A stretch of DNA of 64,000 bases from Pavona decussata (taxonomy: Eukaryota): assembly GCA_977016875.1 (NCBI GenBank), contig CDRNST010000033.1, forward strand, positions 992,001 to 1,056,000, read 5' to 3'. Positions 25,714-39,072 of the stretch are shown here, piece by piece. The notes below the pieces were generated by a model. That model was not told the origin of the DNA. It saw only the letters and a list, made by a program, of their open reading frames with translations, and searched no databases. Position 1 is the first letter of the stretch. Every line of letters begins with the position of its first letter. The position numbers and the translations under genes are program-made.

Positions 25714-25976
25714 ATGTCAAAGCTCTTAAGATGAGTGACGTTGACTTGCAGATTTATATGACAGTTACTCTTTTCTATATGAAAGTGTCAACACATTCAT
25801 TGAAATTCTTAGTTCAGCTATGAACATTGATGTTATTACTGATTTTCTTTTAAACTGATTAAACTTAGAAGAACCTGTAAATCTGTGCTTTCTATAATTG
25901 ATTTCATATGAGAATGTATACTCACTGTTGTAAACCGCATAGACATCAACATGATCAAAGTATTTCCCTTTTCGGC

Positions 25977-26300
25977 ACAGGGTCCAGAGAAGTTCAATTC
26001 CATCATGTACTCATGTTCAATTCAATCATGGCTTTGTACAATGAACTCCTGAATCCAATTTTACCGGTTTTTCCTTTTCTTTTTGCCATAAAACTGTCAT
26101 AAATATCCTTTCGATCGGCTTCCAGGTTCGTTCACCATGTTGTTTTTTTACTTCACAAACCACAATCACCGGCTCCCGGGCGCAACTTCCGGGCCCACAG
26201 TAATTTGGCCCACGGTAAATATTTTGTGTAACGCAATCGTCATCGTAATGCAACATAAACTCAGCGGTATACGATCGAATTGAACTCTTCTGGACCCTGT
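25977..26300. mobile_element. MITE
   Basis: ACAGGGTCCAGAGAAGTTCAATTC ... GAATTGAACTCTTCTGGACCCTGT inverted ends. Confidence 0.7.
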
Positions 26301-26558
26301 CTTTTCTCAGAGGCTTCTTTTGTTTGTTACACCGATGTGGCCGGCTCTTCCTCGTCCAGTGAATCTGTGGAATCTGCAGGTAAATTGGCTTAAAATGTTT
26401 AAAATGAATGATTACTTTCTGGGATACAACTTGCCCAACCGAACAAAATTTAATTTAATTTAGTCTGCATTTTACCCCTGGTCTGCAGTCTTCAGTCTGC
26501 ATTTTACCCCGAGTCTGCATTTTACCCCCAGTCTGCAGTCTGCATTTTACACTGACCG

Positions 26559-26880
26559 TGTCCTGAACACCATTATTTATACTGGGAAGGAAGGTCCTGC
26601 AGCTAGTTAAGATCTTGCTTTTAGAGTTGTAGTTGCAGATTAAGGCTACCCGTTGTATGTTGACAACTGGTATACCTCAGTCCCACTATTATTGGAACTA
26701 GAAAGGAGAGGAATACTTGCAAGTGGTACTATAAGAGCAAACAGAAAATATTTGCCTCAGGATATTGTGGATCCTAAGAAGGAGCAAGTTAAGAGACTAG
26801 CTCGAGGGGAGTCTCTTTTCAGGCAAAGTGGAAGTCTTGTTTGTGTTACATGGACAGACCAAAAAAATGTGCATTTGGTG
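26559..26880 (+). pseudogene. piggyBac-like transposase, part 2
   Basis: VLNTIIYTGK continues part 1 across the TSD; YVDNWYTS, GTIRANR and WTDQKNV. Confidence 0.85.
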
Positions 26881-27268
26881 TCTTTTAAAGAATCCCTAAG
26901 AGGAAAGTTATTTGATATACTTGAAACTGTAGACTCCTATGTTGAAGTGGAAACGATAATTGACCAATTGAAAAACTGATCATTGTATGATTTGATACTC
27001 CTTTTCCCTTTTCCTCTCTTTTCTATTGTAACATTAATGATAATAAAAAATTACATATAATTTACTTTAATTTTGATGCATAGCCTTATCTAAATCTGCG
27101 TTATTATGTAAAGTTAAGTTTTTCCGTTTTCCAGCATGTTTGTAGTTTATTGTAATTTTTTTCATTATGTTCTCGTGGTCGTCTTATCCCACCTCGACTA
27201 GCTTTGTGGCTGATTTACAGGACAAGCCCCTTATGTAATCTGAATTTGTAAATAAATTGTTGTTGTTG
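26881..27268 (+). mobile_element. 3' tail of a CR1/L2-type LINE
   Basis: ORF end, CACCTCGACTAGC motif, AATAAA and a (TTG)n tail; interrupts the piggyBac between NVHLV and STLPE. Confidence 0.6.
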
Positions 27269-27501
27269 TCTACTTTGCCAGAAGGTCCTGAAATTGGGCA
27301 GGTGGAAAGAAAAGTTAAGTCCCAAGGACGCTGGGAGAAAAAAAAACTTTCAACAACCAAAATTGATCAAATTGTACAACTCACACATGGGAGGGGTTGA
27401 CTTAGGTGATCAAAGGATGGCAACTTGCCCCAGACTGATGACAGGCCAGATATGGTACTACAAAGTGTTTTTCCACATGCTTGAGGTTGCTGTGCTAAAT
27501 G
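27269..27501 (+). pseudogene. piggyBac-like transposase, part 3
   Basis: PKLIKLYNSHMGGVDLGDQ and WYYKVFFHMLEVAVLN. Confidence 0.85.
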
Positions 27502-27509
27502 ATTAAGAA

Positions 27510-27667
27510 ACCCAAACATCCAGATCAGAAATTATACTCGAGAAAACCACAAAACTGTGTTTCTACACCAACAACAAAGACAAAGTGCCACTTTTAAGCA
27601 AATTGCACGTCGTGTACAAATTTAGTTGTCCCGGCTGCCAGTCATCATACATAAGCAAAACTGACGA
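27510..27667 (+). mobile_element. Penelope-like GIY-YIG fragment
   Basis: Translates as KDKVPLLSKLHVVYKFSCPGCQSSYISKT. Confidence 0.65.
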
Positions 27668-27669
27668 TC

Positions 27670-29263
27670 TTTTAAGCTCGATAAACGTTCTACATGAGTG
27701 TGAGAACCAGATCTAAAACCTTACAGATGGCCAATACTGACTCAACCTCAAACAAGCTGGACACCGTCCTTGCCAAAATGGACGACTTACTCAAGTCAAG
27801 AGACGTACAAGAAACAAAGTTGAATAGTATCGTTGAGAAACTATCTAGTTTAGAGAGCTCACAGAAAAAAACTGCTGCCGACGTGGATGCCCTAAAAGAA
27901 AGCTACCGCTTACTGGCTGCGCAAATGATAGATGTAGATAATGAGCTGACTAACAAAGTGAGCCGTGAAGAATTGGCGTTAGTTTATAAGAAGATGGAGG
28001 ACCTGGAAAATAGGTCAAAGAGAAATAACATCGTTATCTGGGGCCTCAAGGAAGGTGCAGAAGCGGCACACAACTCTTTAGAAGGTTTCCTGAGGGTCGA
28101 ACTCTTCGAGAAACACATGCAACTTTAAAACATTGAGGTGATGAGGGTCCATCGAACGAATGTCAACCAACATGCCATGGAGGTAAACACATCTATGGTT
28201 AGGCCGATTCATATCTATCTTTTAAGACATTCTGACAAAGTTCAAATTCTTAAAGACGCCGCAAATGCTTTGAAGAATATCCCCTTTCTGGACAGTCAGA
28301 TTTTTATTTCTGATGATGTCTCAAAGAACATCCGTAAAGACCGAGCAAAGCTTCGTAAAGACCATCTCAAGGGGATTAAAGAAAGAAGTGATGTTGAATT
28401 TGCATTCATACCATGGTCGGTACCAGCACAAATTCTGTTCAAGGAAAGAAACTGCTCAAAATTAAAATCTTTGAAACTGATCTACTGACGGAGGAACATG
28501 TCTACGTTTTTTGACGTTTATTAATATATTAAATATCTTCAATTGTTCTCATCACTATCAGAATATTAATCTAGATCAACTTGTTGTTAACATTCTGGTA
28601 TTGAATAGTGAGATTGATTGTTATGCTAGTTGTTAATTCCAGTTTAGATTTATTAACATTGATATTGGGACCTCTATTAGCATCTCACGTATAGTTACTA
28701 TCAGAACATTACCAGGATACTGCTGCAGAATATGTTAAGCTTTAAGAGCTAGAATACTCTTTTGTACAAGCAAGCTAGTTCAGTTCGAGTGATAATCGCC
28801 TTTAGGTAGAGATCCCGACGGGAGTGCATTGCAACCATAGGATGGTAAGTGCGCTTTCGTTTATATGTATGTGTGTCTTTGTCATTGGGTGTGTGTTGGT
28901 TTTTGTTCTTTCCTACACTGCACGAAAAACTTTACTCTTAGACACAACACTCTCTACTCTTAAACTGATACCATGCACATTAATGAAATTATCTCTAATA
29001 TCTTTGTTCTTTTGTTCTTTTTTTTCTATTAAATAGCATTATGTAAATTATGTAAATTTATATGTATATTTTTGATAATTTAAATCCCTGTATTGTAACT
29101 TTATATAAAGTATCTTGTAAATACAGAAAGTAATTGTGTAATTAGAGTACAATGTAGCATGAGATTTGTATTTTCAGTTGTGTAGGCAGAGTATCTGTAG
29201 TATTTGTAGTGTTTGTAACTGTAGTGTTTGTAATTGTAAAAAAGAGTGACATTAAAAAAAAAA
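27670..29263 (+). mobile_element. L1/Tx1-type LINE retaining ORF1 (27694-28488, one stop) and poly(A), with ORF2 essentially absent
   Basis: Coiled coil plus EDLENRSKRNNIVIWGLKE, RVHR, RPIHIYLLR and FISDD; poly(A) near 29254. Confidence 0.7.
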
Positions 29264-29301
29264 TTTAAAGACAATGAATCTACTCGGTCTATCGTTCATC
29301 T

Positions 29302-29465
29302 TAAATGCACACCTCCTGTACCAGAAAGCAGGCTACCCAGATACCACTCTTGGTCATTCAAAGAGACACTGGTGCAACAACTAACTGGAGGAAATTGTTT
29401 CACCATCAGGACAGGAGTCAAATAATGCCCCACATTTGCAAGGCACATGACTGTTTACACCTTCG
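29302..29465 (+). pseudogene. piggyBac-like transposase, part 4
   Basis: LNAHLLYQKAG...FKETLVQQLTG continues AVLN; TAAATG at both junctions. Confidence 0.6.
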
Positions 29466-29859
29466 AAAAAATCATCTATCAATTTGTTTTCCCTTATTTC
29501 CATCCCTGCTTCTTCGTCTTCTTGCCCGTCAACAAATGTGCTATATACTGAAAATTAAAAATACTATATATTTCATTAATAATCAAACATTTCCATATGT
29601 AATTGTGGCAGGTCAAAAAACATAAATGGCAGGCCAAAATTTGTCTGGCCTGCCAGAAAATAAAAAAATGGCAGGCTATAACTATAATGTCGTCATGGCT
29701 CAGGGGTGACCTTTGAACTCTCTGCTGGTGGGAGTCCCATGGTTTGCATCGCATTTGCTTGCTTGCTGGCCTGTGAGATAAGTCATTTTTGCTTGCCTTA
29801 TTTTCAAGCTCCTTTAGGTCAAGCCTTTTCGTTGTCATGTCATCTTAGCGTCAGACAAA

Positions 29860-30910
29860 TAATAGTCGTTCAGTCGCTCTTTTTAGCGACCCGTCGCACG
29901 CGTCATGTCTGCAGGCGCTGGGGTCTCTTCCAGTTCAACTGTGGTTTCTCTGGCGGCTCCAACCAGTTCGCCAACAGTTCCATCTTTGCCTGCAACGAAT
30001 TTCCCTCACCCAGCCTTCCTTGCTGCTGTTGTTAAGGCAGTAAAAGTTGCGTTGGCTGCTGACAAAACATGCGCTTTGTCGGATGTCGCTACTGTGCTGT
30101 TTTCCATGCCTGAACCTTCTAGTTCGTCGTTGTGGTGTGTTTCAGGGGGTGTTATATCTCAACATATGGACTTAGGCGCTCGCACAGCGACTTTTCTAAC
30201 ATCCAGTGTTGGTTTTCCTTTGTTCCAACCAGCCTCATGTCCTCCAGCATCCTAAATCAGGAAAAGGAATATTGTGCCTTCCTTTGTTTCTACCTTTGTG
30301 GCCCCGCGCTCTGCGCAGTAATTTCTCTCAGTTCACCGGTCCCGACTACAATTCCTTGTGATGTCAGCGCTGTGTCCTCTACTAGCTTGCCGTCTGGTCC
30401 TCTCAGCCTTTTGTCATTGGTCCTGGCTTTTCCCTGGTCCCGGCCAAGACTGTTAACCAGATCATGAATGGTAAATTTGTCGATCTGAGTGACTTGCTTT
30501 CACGAACATCGTTCACACTGAGCCAGATGCGCAGGTCCTGATGGATGGGCATTTGGTCTTCACACCCTCCACGAAAGAAAACTGTCGTCAGGTTGAGGAT
30601 ATCGCTTCTTGGTGCAAAGCTTTCGCTATTTTTATGCTCATTCTTCCACTGGAAGGATTTAACCAACTACAAATTGCGCATTCTCCGCACATACCGTCAG
30701 TTCAGTGGGTGCGTGTGGCTGGCATACAGTAAAGCTTTCCGCGAGCATGCAGCGGCAACGAGGATGGTCGATTGGTCAACTCTGAACGTACAGCTCTATA
30801 ATTTCTGAGCTTGTTTGACAGTGCTTTTAACAACTTGCCTCAACCTTCGGCAGCGGCTTCTTCGCGGATTGTATGCAGGTTGTGGAACAGAGGTCCTTGT
30901 TCTGCCCAAT
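29860..30910 (+). mobile_element. DIRS/Ngaro-type gag remnant
   Basis: GPGFS..PAKTVNQIMNGKFVDLSDLL, VEDIASWCKAF and ILRTYRQFSGCVWLAYSKAFREHAAA..DWSTLNVQLYNF. Confidence 0.75.
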
Positions 30911-31003
30911 GTATGTATAATTTTTTTTTTTCTGTTTTGTATTATATTAATTTGTCAAGTGTTTTTCACCTAAGCCTCTGACTCCACAGATTGAGCAAAC
31001 ACT

Positions 31004-31144
31004 NNNNNNNNNNNNNNNNNNNNNNNNNNNNNNNNNNNNNNNNNNNNNNNNNNNNNNNNNNNNNNNNNNNNNNNNNNNNNNNNNNNNNNNNNNNNNNNNN
31101 NNNNNNNNNNNNNNNNNNNNNNNNNNNNNNNNNNNNNNNNNNNN
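31004..31144. other. Assembly gap (141 N)
   Basis: Run of N. Confidence 1.
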
Positions 31145-32415
31145 AACAGCGCGTGCTCTCATTAGTTACTTTGAGGTCACGTGACATCTAACGATGAAAC
31201 TGTTACCTGTCAAAAGTATCTGAGCGGGCAACATTGCAAAATCAATGGCGTCAGAGAGTAACAGTGATATTACCCACGAATGTTGACCGATGACCACCAT
31301 TGCACGGGAACAGAGCGTGATTGAAGGTGGCGTGATGATAACCTTTCACTGCTAGCGCATTTTTTAAAGTCATCTACTTTTTATTACTTGCAATTGCTGG
31401 CCTTGTGGAAGAGAAAGATTCCAAAAACACACAGTTAGCAACTAAAACTGCCTTTTCCACATTAAAAGCAGTCTGTGGAGAAAAATATCCTGAGAAAGAC
31501 CAAGATTTTGACAAAATTTCTAAAGAAGAACTAAAAGAAATCCTTGTGGACTTTTATCCCAATGCAAGAAAAAAACTGAGGAGACTACAAGAAGACAGCA
31601 CTAACAAGCATTCACTTTGGCCTGCAACAATATTTTATCCTGAAGAGGATTTAACATTATTGCTGCCGATGCTTTTAAACAGTCTAACCAGGTCTTTGAA
31701 GCGGTTGTCGTTCAACTTAAACAACAAGGGTTTGCCAAAGTTGACCATCATGAACCAATAAAGAAAGAGGACTTGACGAAAATCTATATGTAAACTCTCT
31801 CAAGAGTATACTAACCATTGCATAAGATTGATAGCAGTATCAGTTCTTGATAAAAACAACGTTGAAGCTCAGCATATTATGCGCGTGTCCAGGCACAAAA
31901 GTGAGAGTAGCATAAGGTCTTACAGTCGACAACTAATGGAATCTAAAACAAGAGAAATATCACAAACTTTAACTTCTGCCTGTGCCCAAGGTAGCACTGA
32001 AATTGTTCCTTTGGGAACTGAAGTTGAGCAAAGTAAGCTTAATGTGCCAAACGTGCAAAATTCCCCTGTGCTAACGTACAATTTTGCTACCAATAGTAGT
32101 CAAGAAACAGTTCACTTCCATACCTTAGCTTTTTCATCTGGTTGTAATATTACAGTGAATTTCCACTATCATTAAACCTTGCTGTAATTCTTTTTTTTTC
32201 TTAAGTTTTTGTAAATTTTAGTCCACTTCAGTTTACCTTTATGTAGATTTTTAGCATTTTAGTATTACGCGCTCTAATGCACTTACATGTAATTTATCAA
32301 TAAATTTTCGATTTGTTTTCACATTGCGTCTTCTAATGTCTTCGTCATGCTTCTCGGCTCCATCTCGGGAAACAAAATTAACTGTTTCCCTCGGGACCAG
32401 TCACTAAGTGTTAAT
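31145..32415 (+). mobile_element. Internally deleted Crypton (tyrosine recombinase) remnant
   Basis: SKNTQLATKTA..DFYPNARK and YTNHCIR..IMRVSRHKSESSIRSY (H-x-x-R, H, Y motifs). Confidence 0.75.
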
Positions 32416-32419
32416 TATT

Positions 32420-32507
<88 letters not shown>
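32415..32507. repeat. (ATT)n microsatellite
   Basis: Seen directly. Confidence 0.98.
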
Positions 32508-32508
<1 letters not shown>

Positions 32509-32689
32509 TAGCAGCAATACCAAAATAACTGAAATTAAAGACCAACTCTGATCTTGACTGACCAGGGAATGTTGCAAATTGTTTGAATACTTATTTTACA
32601 GCAATTGGACTGAAAAATGGACCTTATGGTAACAGGCTCAACATGGGGAGTAGCAGCACTTCAAGGAAATGTAACGCTGTGCTTAAAGA

Positions 32690-33058
32690 AACATTATTGA
32701 GTAATGTATCGAGTGGAACACCCCTTTGTTCATCAACTTCCGGAAAGCCTTTGACATTCTGCATCATGACACCCTATCGGAGGTCTTGCAATCATATGGA
32801 ATTCCTCCAAAGGTGGTCACACTTATGAGGATGTTCTACCAGCAGTTCGAGTGCAGGGTTATAGTTGACAGGAACTTGTCAGAATGGCTCCCTGTGGAGT
32901 CTGGTGTATGACAGGGTTGCATCATTTCTACCATCCTCTTCCTGATTGCCTTTGACTGGGTCATTCGGAGGGCAACAGCTGGCAGACCTAGAGGCATCTG
33001 GTGGACTCTCTTCTCCCAGCATGAAGACCTGGACTTTGCTGATGACCTAGCTGCTAGT
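32690..33058 (+). mobile_element. RTE-type LINE RT fragment
   Basis: KAFD, YGIPPKVV, SGV*QGCIIS and DLDFADDL. Confidence 0.8.
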
Positions 33059-33099
33059 GGAAATGAAAGGCCTGCCAATTGGAGAGCCAGTCAGTCAAC

Positions 33100-33925
33100 C
33101 AAGGTTCCTAAGCTGGTAATAATGAAATTTAATGGATCATTCATGGATTGGCCACGATTTTGGAGTCAATTCTCCGAACCCATTGATGAAAGCAGCGTGC
33201 TGCCAGTGACAAAATTCACTTATCTGCGTGAGCTTTTGGATGACAGAGCAAAGAAAACAATGGAAGCTTTACCGCACTCACCAGAAGGCTACAACATAGC
33301 CAAAGCAATTATGAAAGAGCAATTTGGTGGAAATGGAGCAGCAGCAGTGGAAATGCCCATCAGGCGAGTGTGTTTATTGCAAGGAGAAGATCACCGGCCA
33401 TCTGAATGCACTTTACTTACTTCGCCCAAAGAACACAAGCAATTACTGATCACCAAGAAGCTTTGTTTCAATTGCACTGGACCTTACAAATACTCAGAGT
33501 GTAGAAGTGTTTTAAAGTACCAAAACTGAGGAAAACGGCATCATACTTTCATATGCGACACGCAAAGGTATCACAAGACTGAAAGAGTGTTGACAGCACT
33601 TGATCCGGAAAACAAAGACATTGTTTATCCAATTATTCTGGTTGACATCAATGGGATAAAAACGTACGCACTACTGGATACTGGCGCCGGAAGCTCATAC
33701 ACTTCAACTAAACTCCTTAATCTCCTTAACAAAAGGCCTAAAGAAACTGTGGCTAAGAGAATAGATACCATGCTAGGATTGTCAACTACCAAAGTTGAGA
33801 TTTATTCGACAACTCTTGGAGCCGTGAACAGGAGTTTCGACATGAACATTGAACTTTCTAAAGTTCATAAACAGCAACTTTTAACCGTTGATAACCCGAA
33901 TTATTCTAAACTCCTGAGCAAATAC
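33100..33925 (+). mobile_element. BEL/Pao gag-protease fragment
   Basis: KFNGSFMDWPRFWSQF..TKFTYL, Cys/His knuckles and ALLDTGAGSSY. Confidence 0.8.
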
Positions 33926-34199
33926 AGTGAGTCCACATTGGTTGCTTTGCTATTACTTGTTTCATTATTTGTAATGACTATTCATGAAGAAAGATTTGAT
34001 GACAATTTGTCATCTGTGTTTATCACCTTTAAGGAGATTAGTCCATGGCATTTGATTTGTAATTGAAACCTGAATCTACAATATCGAATAAACATACATG
34101 TATTCCACCACCATTATTTTTTGAAAGCAAGAATGGGAAACTACCTGGCAAGGTTAACCATGCGTGCTGGATACCTTGTGCTATTACCTAGTGACATGA

Positions 34200-35900
34200 G
34201 TTTGAACTTGGGACCTGTGAGCAATTCTACTTTGGCTGGCTGTTTAAGTTTGAGAGGGTTTCTGAATTTTTCATCTCAAAACAGCTTAAAGGGCTTAAGA
34301 CAAAGAAAGCTGTAGGCCTTGATAATATTCCACCACACTAAAGATAGTACCCACTATCACTTTAAAGCCTCTTATGGCAATTATTAATGCGCCTCTGTGG
34401 CAAAGTAAAGTTCTCAATGCTTGGAAAGCATCACATGTGATTCCTCGTTCAAGAAAGGAAAGAAAGATGATATGTACAATAATTATTATAGGCCCATTTC
34501 TATCTTGCTGGCCATTTCTAAACTGCTCCAGAGGGCTGTTCATGTTCAACTCCATGAACATTTACATGAGTACACCATACTGACCCCATACCAGAGTTGG
34601 TTCAGGAAACAATATTCCATGGAATTTGCAGGTTCATCAATTGCTGATACTTCAAGAAGTACATATTGATCAAGGTCAAATGATGTCTTCATAGACCTCC
34701 AGAAGGCCTTTGACAGTGTGAAAGATTCCACACTGTTAAAAAGCTATTTGCCCTGGGTTGGTAGACCAAAGCTGTCTCTGTAGACCTCTGTAAGGCCTTT
34801 GACAGAGTGAATCATTTCACGCTGTTAAAGAAGATAATCCTTTAATTTCTATCAGCTTGCGAATCCTTTTTGTTTTGTATATTCACTTGTTTCTTTACTA
34901 CTTATTTAATTTTTATTTTAGTTGTGGCTGTCAATTTATAAACAACAAATTTATTTGTATTTAGTTTAGTATAGACATACCTACCCGCCTCGACTAGCTT
35001 TAGCTATTTGCGGGTAGGTATATAACCAGCTTGTAACTGTCTTTTTAATAAAGTGTGTGCGTGTGTAGATATCTGCCCTGGGTATAGTTGTTCAAGAACA
35101 TCAATGGTTTGTGGACTATCTTCAAGAGAGAACTGAGGTTGTTGGCTTTCAGGGGACACTTTTAGACCCTGAATCTCTTGTAGTTGACATGCCACCTACT
35201 GTATACCGGTGTATGCCAATGATACTGTGTTGTTTTGTGGTGGGAAGACTGCCGCACTGCAACAGAAGTGAAGAAAGCCTTAATTGAGACCTTAATCTTA
35301 TTGGATTGTGGTTCTATGACTGACCTGATCATGAATGTAGCAAAAACTGAGGCTATGATGTTTGGAATGCATACCAGGCTTTCTCAGGGGACACTGATTT
35401 TAGTATGAGATTTAAGGGTCATCAAGTGTTTACTAATTTAAATACTTATGAATTCCCATATTAAGAACATTCTATCCAAAGCTGGTAAGAGACCAGGAAT
35501 GTTACGATGTATTAGGGGAAATCTAACATCTCATTGCGCCAACATTATTTATGCAAAGTACCTGCCATGGAATACTGTGATACTGTTTGGAATTGCTGTG
35601 GAGTGTGTAACAGCACTCCATTAGATACATTGCAAAGATGTGCAGCAAGAATAGTTACTTAAATCAATGAGAGCAACAACGCTTTAGAATAATTATCTAA
35701 AATGGACTACTCTGCAGAATAGACCAAATTGACCAGCATGTTAAAAGATGTATTAAGGGTTTTTGTCCACAATTGTTTAAAGATTATTTCACTCTCAACC
35801 ATTATCTACATAATTGCAAACCCAGTAAAGCAATTTGCTTCACCTGCCACAGTTCCCAACAGATATCGTGAAAAGTTCTTTTAAATACAACGGTTGTAAA
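34200..35900 (+). mobile_element. Decayed CR1/L2-type LINE RT fragments
   Basis: KAVGLDNIP, YRPISIL, FIDLQKAFD and YANDT spread across several frames. Confidence 0.7.
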
Positions 35901-37776
35901 TTTAAAAAAAAGGTTAAATTCATGATTCAATACTTATCACCTAATTATTATTGTAAATAGCTCTATTCTTAATTTTTAAACCTGATGTATATCGTATAAT
36001 CTTTTAGTTTCATAAATGTATATATTTTTTTTCTTTTGCAAGGGTCCCTGTTGATAGCAATATTGCTTTAGCTCTTGAAAGGATTACCCTGTATAAACTA
36101 AGGTGCCTTGACTTATCTGCTTGATCAGCTACAATGGCAAGTTTGCCGGCTCTCTGAGCCTAAACAATTTTTTTTTAACTATAGCATTAACTTCTTAAAT
36201 TAATTTAAGAAAATAAAAAGTTAATCAGTTGTGAACAATTCATGTCTAAACACAGCAGTTTGATGTCTTTTGTAGTTTGACTTGACAGTAAAGCCAAATA
36301 ATAAATCCTTTATTGACCAAGCTTGCTTGGTCAAGATGGCTTAACATTTGCCTCATACATGTATTTTATCTGCATTTTTATGAACCAAGACAAATTTTCA
36401 CCTCATGTCTAGTCAATAATGTATAAGATGTAATGACACCTTGAGACAGAATGTCCACTAAAACAAATCAATGGTATTACCAAAAAAACACCTCACCCAA
36501 AGAATCTCAAAGATACAATGCTAAGGTCTTCTCCTGTAACCCTTTCTGGTCACGGTGGCTTGCTGTAAAGTCCTTTGCTAGACCTCATGGTTTGTCATTG
36601 AAACTGACAGAAAATTACTAAATATGTTAGTGACACAGAACTAACTAAATACTATACTCCCAACAAAAGTTGAAATTGACAAAATGGCTTGTCTAAATCT
36701 GATCCCAAGGACAAAACTTTCAACAGCAAGCAGACTGAAAAAGAGGATTCATTTTTCAGACAAAACAATATTTTTCTGACATATCTGATGTTCATTTAGA
36801 ATTCAAAAATTCAGAGCAAATTCAGACACAAATGTATGTCAACAAACAGTATGAAACAACATATCTCCTATTTTTATCCAAATACAAATTTGCCCAAAAA
36901 CTAAAAAAAAAAATGGCTTTTTTGTTAACTTTGAAATGGTAAAATAATTCCAACATCTGAAATGGCCAGCTTAACATCAAGTATCACCTTAAAACGACAA
37001 TGTCAGCAGGGGAGTAGAGTCACCTTGTCAATATGAAAATGTTGCTGTGATCACAGTATGGCACCCTTGCTTCATGAGTCTTGCCAAGGGTTTTCAGTGT
37101 TATCATTCAGGATGGAAATTGACAGTTTAATGACTAAAAATGCTGCATACCTGGTGAATTTAAGTCCAAACTTGAACTTCATTACCTATGAAGACAGGAA
37201 TTGGGAAGGGTAAAATATTTTGTTTCCCTTTTATCAAATGAATGCTTGCACAGGTAAAACAAGATGCAAACATTAAAACCCACAACTACCACTGGAAAAG
37301 TGATAAATATTGATTTATATGGACGCAAAATAAAGAGAAGGGGCCTGTAAAAACAAATCAGTGATATGTCCCAAACCCAGGTTTACTCACATATCCTTAA
37401 GTGGTGATAATTTCCAAGGCAGCCTTCATTTCAATTTACTGAACTCTACTGTAAAGACAAGACAATATGGATTGGAAAAGCATTCTACAGAGTAACACCA
37501 AGACTACTCACCTCTTGTTGTTTTGTGACTAAAATGCCTGTTGAGTAGCAACACTTGTCAGCACTAAATGCCTGAAACAAATAAAGGAATTACTCAGCTT
37601 GTTTTTCATGCACTGCCAGACTAACCAAAAACATGGATATTTGACGTTATTTTGAACTGTACCAGGGAAATTAGACAAAACTTATATCATCCAATTAGGG
37701 GCTGACATGGTAATTTTTTTAGATTACAAAAGGTCACCACATCGGAATCTTGTGACCTTTTTCTTTAAATTCCTTA

Positions 37777-37975
37777 GAGGTGTCTCGCGTTCAAGCGAGG
37801 TAGCGCGTCAGGTTTAAATTGTACATACCTAAACCCCTATATCAAAATTAATAAAGTTTGATAGCTAGCTCTATAAGCTTTGATTTGATATAGGGGTTTA
37901 GGTATCTACAGTTTAAACCGGATGCGCTACATCGCTTGGATGCAAGACACCTCTAAAGGTATACAGTAACTTTAG
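37777..37975. mobile_element. Hairpin MITE; a related terminus lies at ~45888-46007
   Basis: GAGGTGTCT...AGACACCTC palindrome; same sequence family at 45910. Confidence 0.7.
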
Positions 37976-38349
37976 AATTGTGCTGTGCAAAAATACTTGA
38001 AGGATTATCTGCAGGAAAAAAAAACAGACCTTGTTGACTTGAGTCTAGTGCATAGTTCTACAATGCCAGACTTCGAAGTGCTGAAGTTGCAAATTTTGTT
38101 TCAAGGTTGGTTGGTACTTTGCCGCAACATATTACCTAGTTTGTAACCAGTTGTCAAGTCTGCAAAGAGAAAGTTATAAAGAAGTTACAAAGAAAGTTAC
38201 AAGGAATTTTAAGGCAAAAAAACTGAATCCAAAAGATGATGGTTGTTCCATCACAAAATCATTGTATTCTGAAAGAGTAGCTGCCTACTCCTCAATGGAC
38301 ACTAACCAAAGACTGCAGTGGGTAGAAACATCAAATGAATGAAAGGGGA

Positions 38350-39072
38350 ATGAAGGAAGTATTTATTACTGTATGTATAAGGAATGAAGCATTGAAATAA
38401 ACTGGTAAAAATTCACAGAAACTTTTAGAACAAAACAAATTTGTTGGTTCAAAATAACACTTCACTACTACACTAAAAAGTTACAATACATTTTTTTTAC
38501 AAAAAGTTTGTATATTTCCCAGAATGTTCCAGAACATTGTAGTGAACATTCTACGACATTCTATGGAACATTCCAGAACATCTTAGAATAGTCTGAGTGA
38601 TGGCTTGCATAATAATTATGTATTATTGTCTTTTAATAACATATTCCGGTAAATTTACTGAAAATAGATTTCAGTAGGTTCTAGAGCCTTGTTGCATGAC
38701 TATTTAAGTAAGTGAGTTTAGCAATTGGATACGGTTTTTTTGGTGCAGTGTTAACAGTGTGTTTAGAAGTCTATTCAACAGGCTGTGTGCCAGACCTCTT
38801 ATTTAAAGTAGCTGTGTGCTTGATTCAAGTGTAAAAGCTGCGTGCCACAGCTGCATGCTGAAGTCTGTGTAACAAGAATCTCTGAGTTGTGTAGAAGTCT
38901 TGTGTTGGAGAATAAATCTGCTTGTTGCTGTTACCGAGAATCCTGCTCAAGTTCAGTCTACAAACAACCTGCTTCTTTAGCAAATCTCGCAACATTGGGT
39001 ACCTGTCTGCGAGGGAGCAGAATCCTCGTTTACTGGACTAGCGTAAACATGGAAGGTACCGATCAAGCTACA
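38350..39072 (+). mobile_element. Probable 3' LTR of a truncated LTR retrotransposon
   Basis: Polypurine GAAAGGGGAA followed by TG...CA, a TATTTAA box and AATAAA. Confidence 0.45.

Larger units (their letters stand above)
11453..26558 (+). mobile_element. Mutator/MULE DNA transposon (15.1 kb including nested insertions)
   Basis: TIR (T/C)GGTCAGTGTAAAATGCAGACTGCAGACT with GGGGTAAAATGCAGAC subrepeats; TGTCCTGAAC duplicated at 11443-11452 and 26559-26568; internal MULE transposase. Confidence 0.88.

Noticed and set aside
30947-31191. ORFs spanning the N gap
   Set aside because: Artefacts of ambiguous bases
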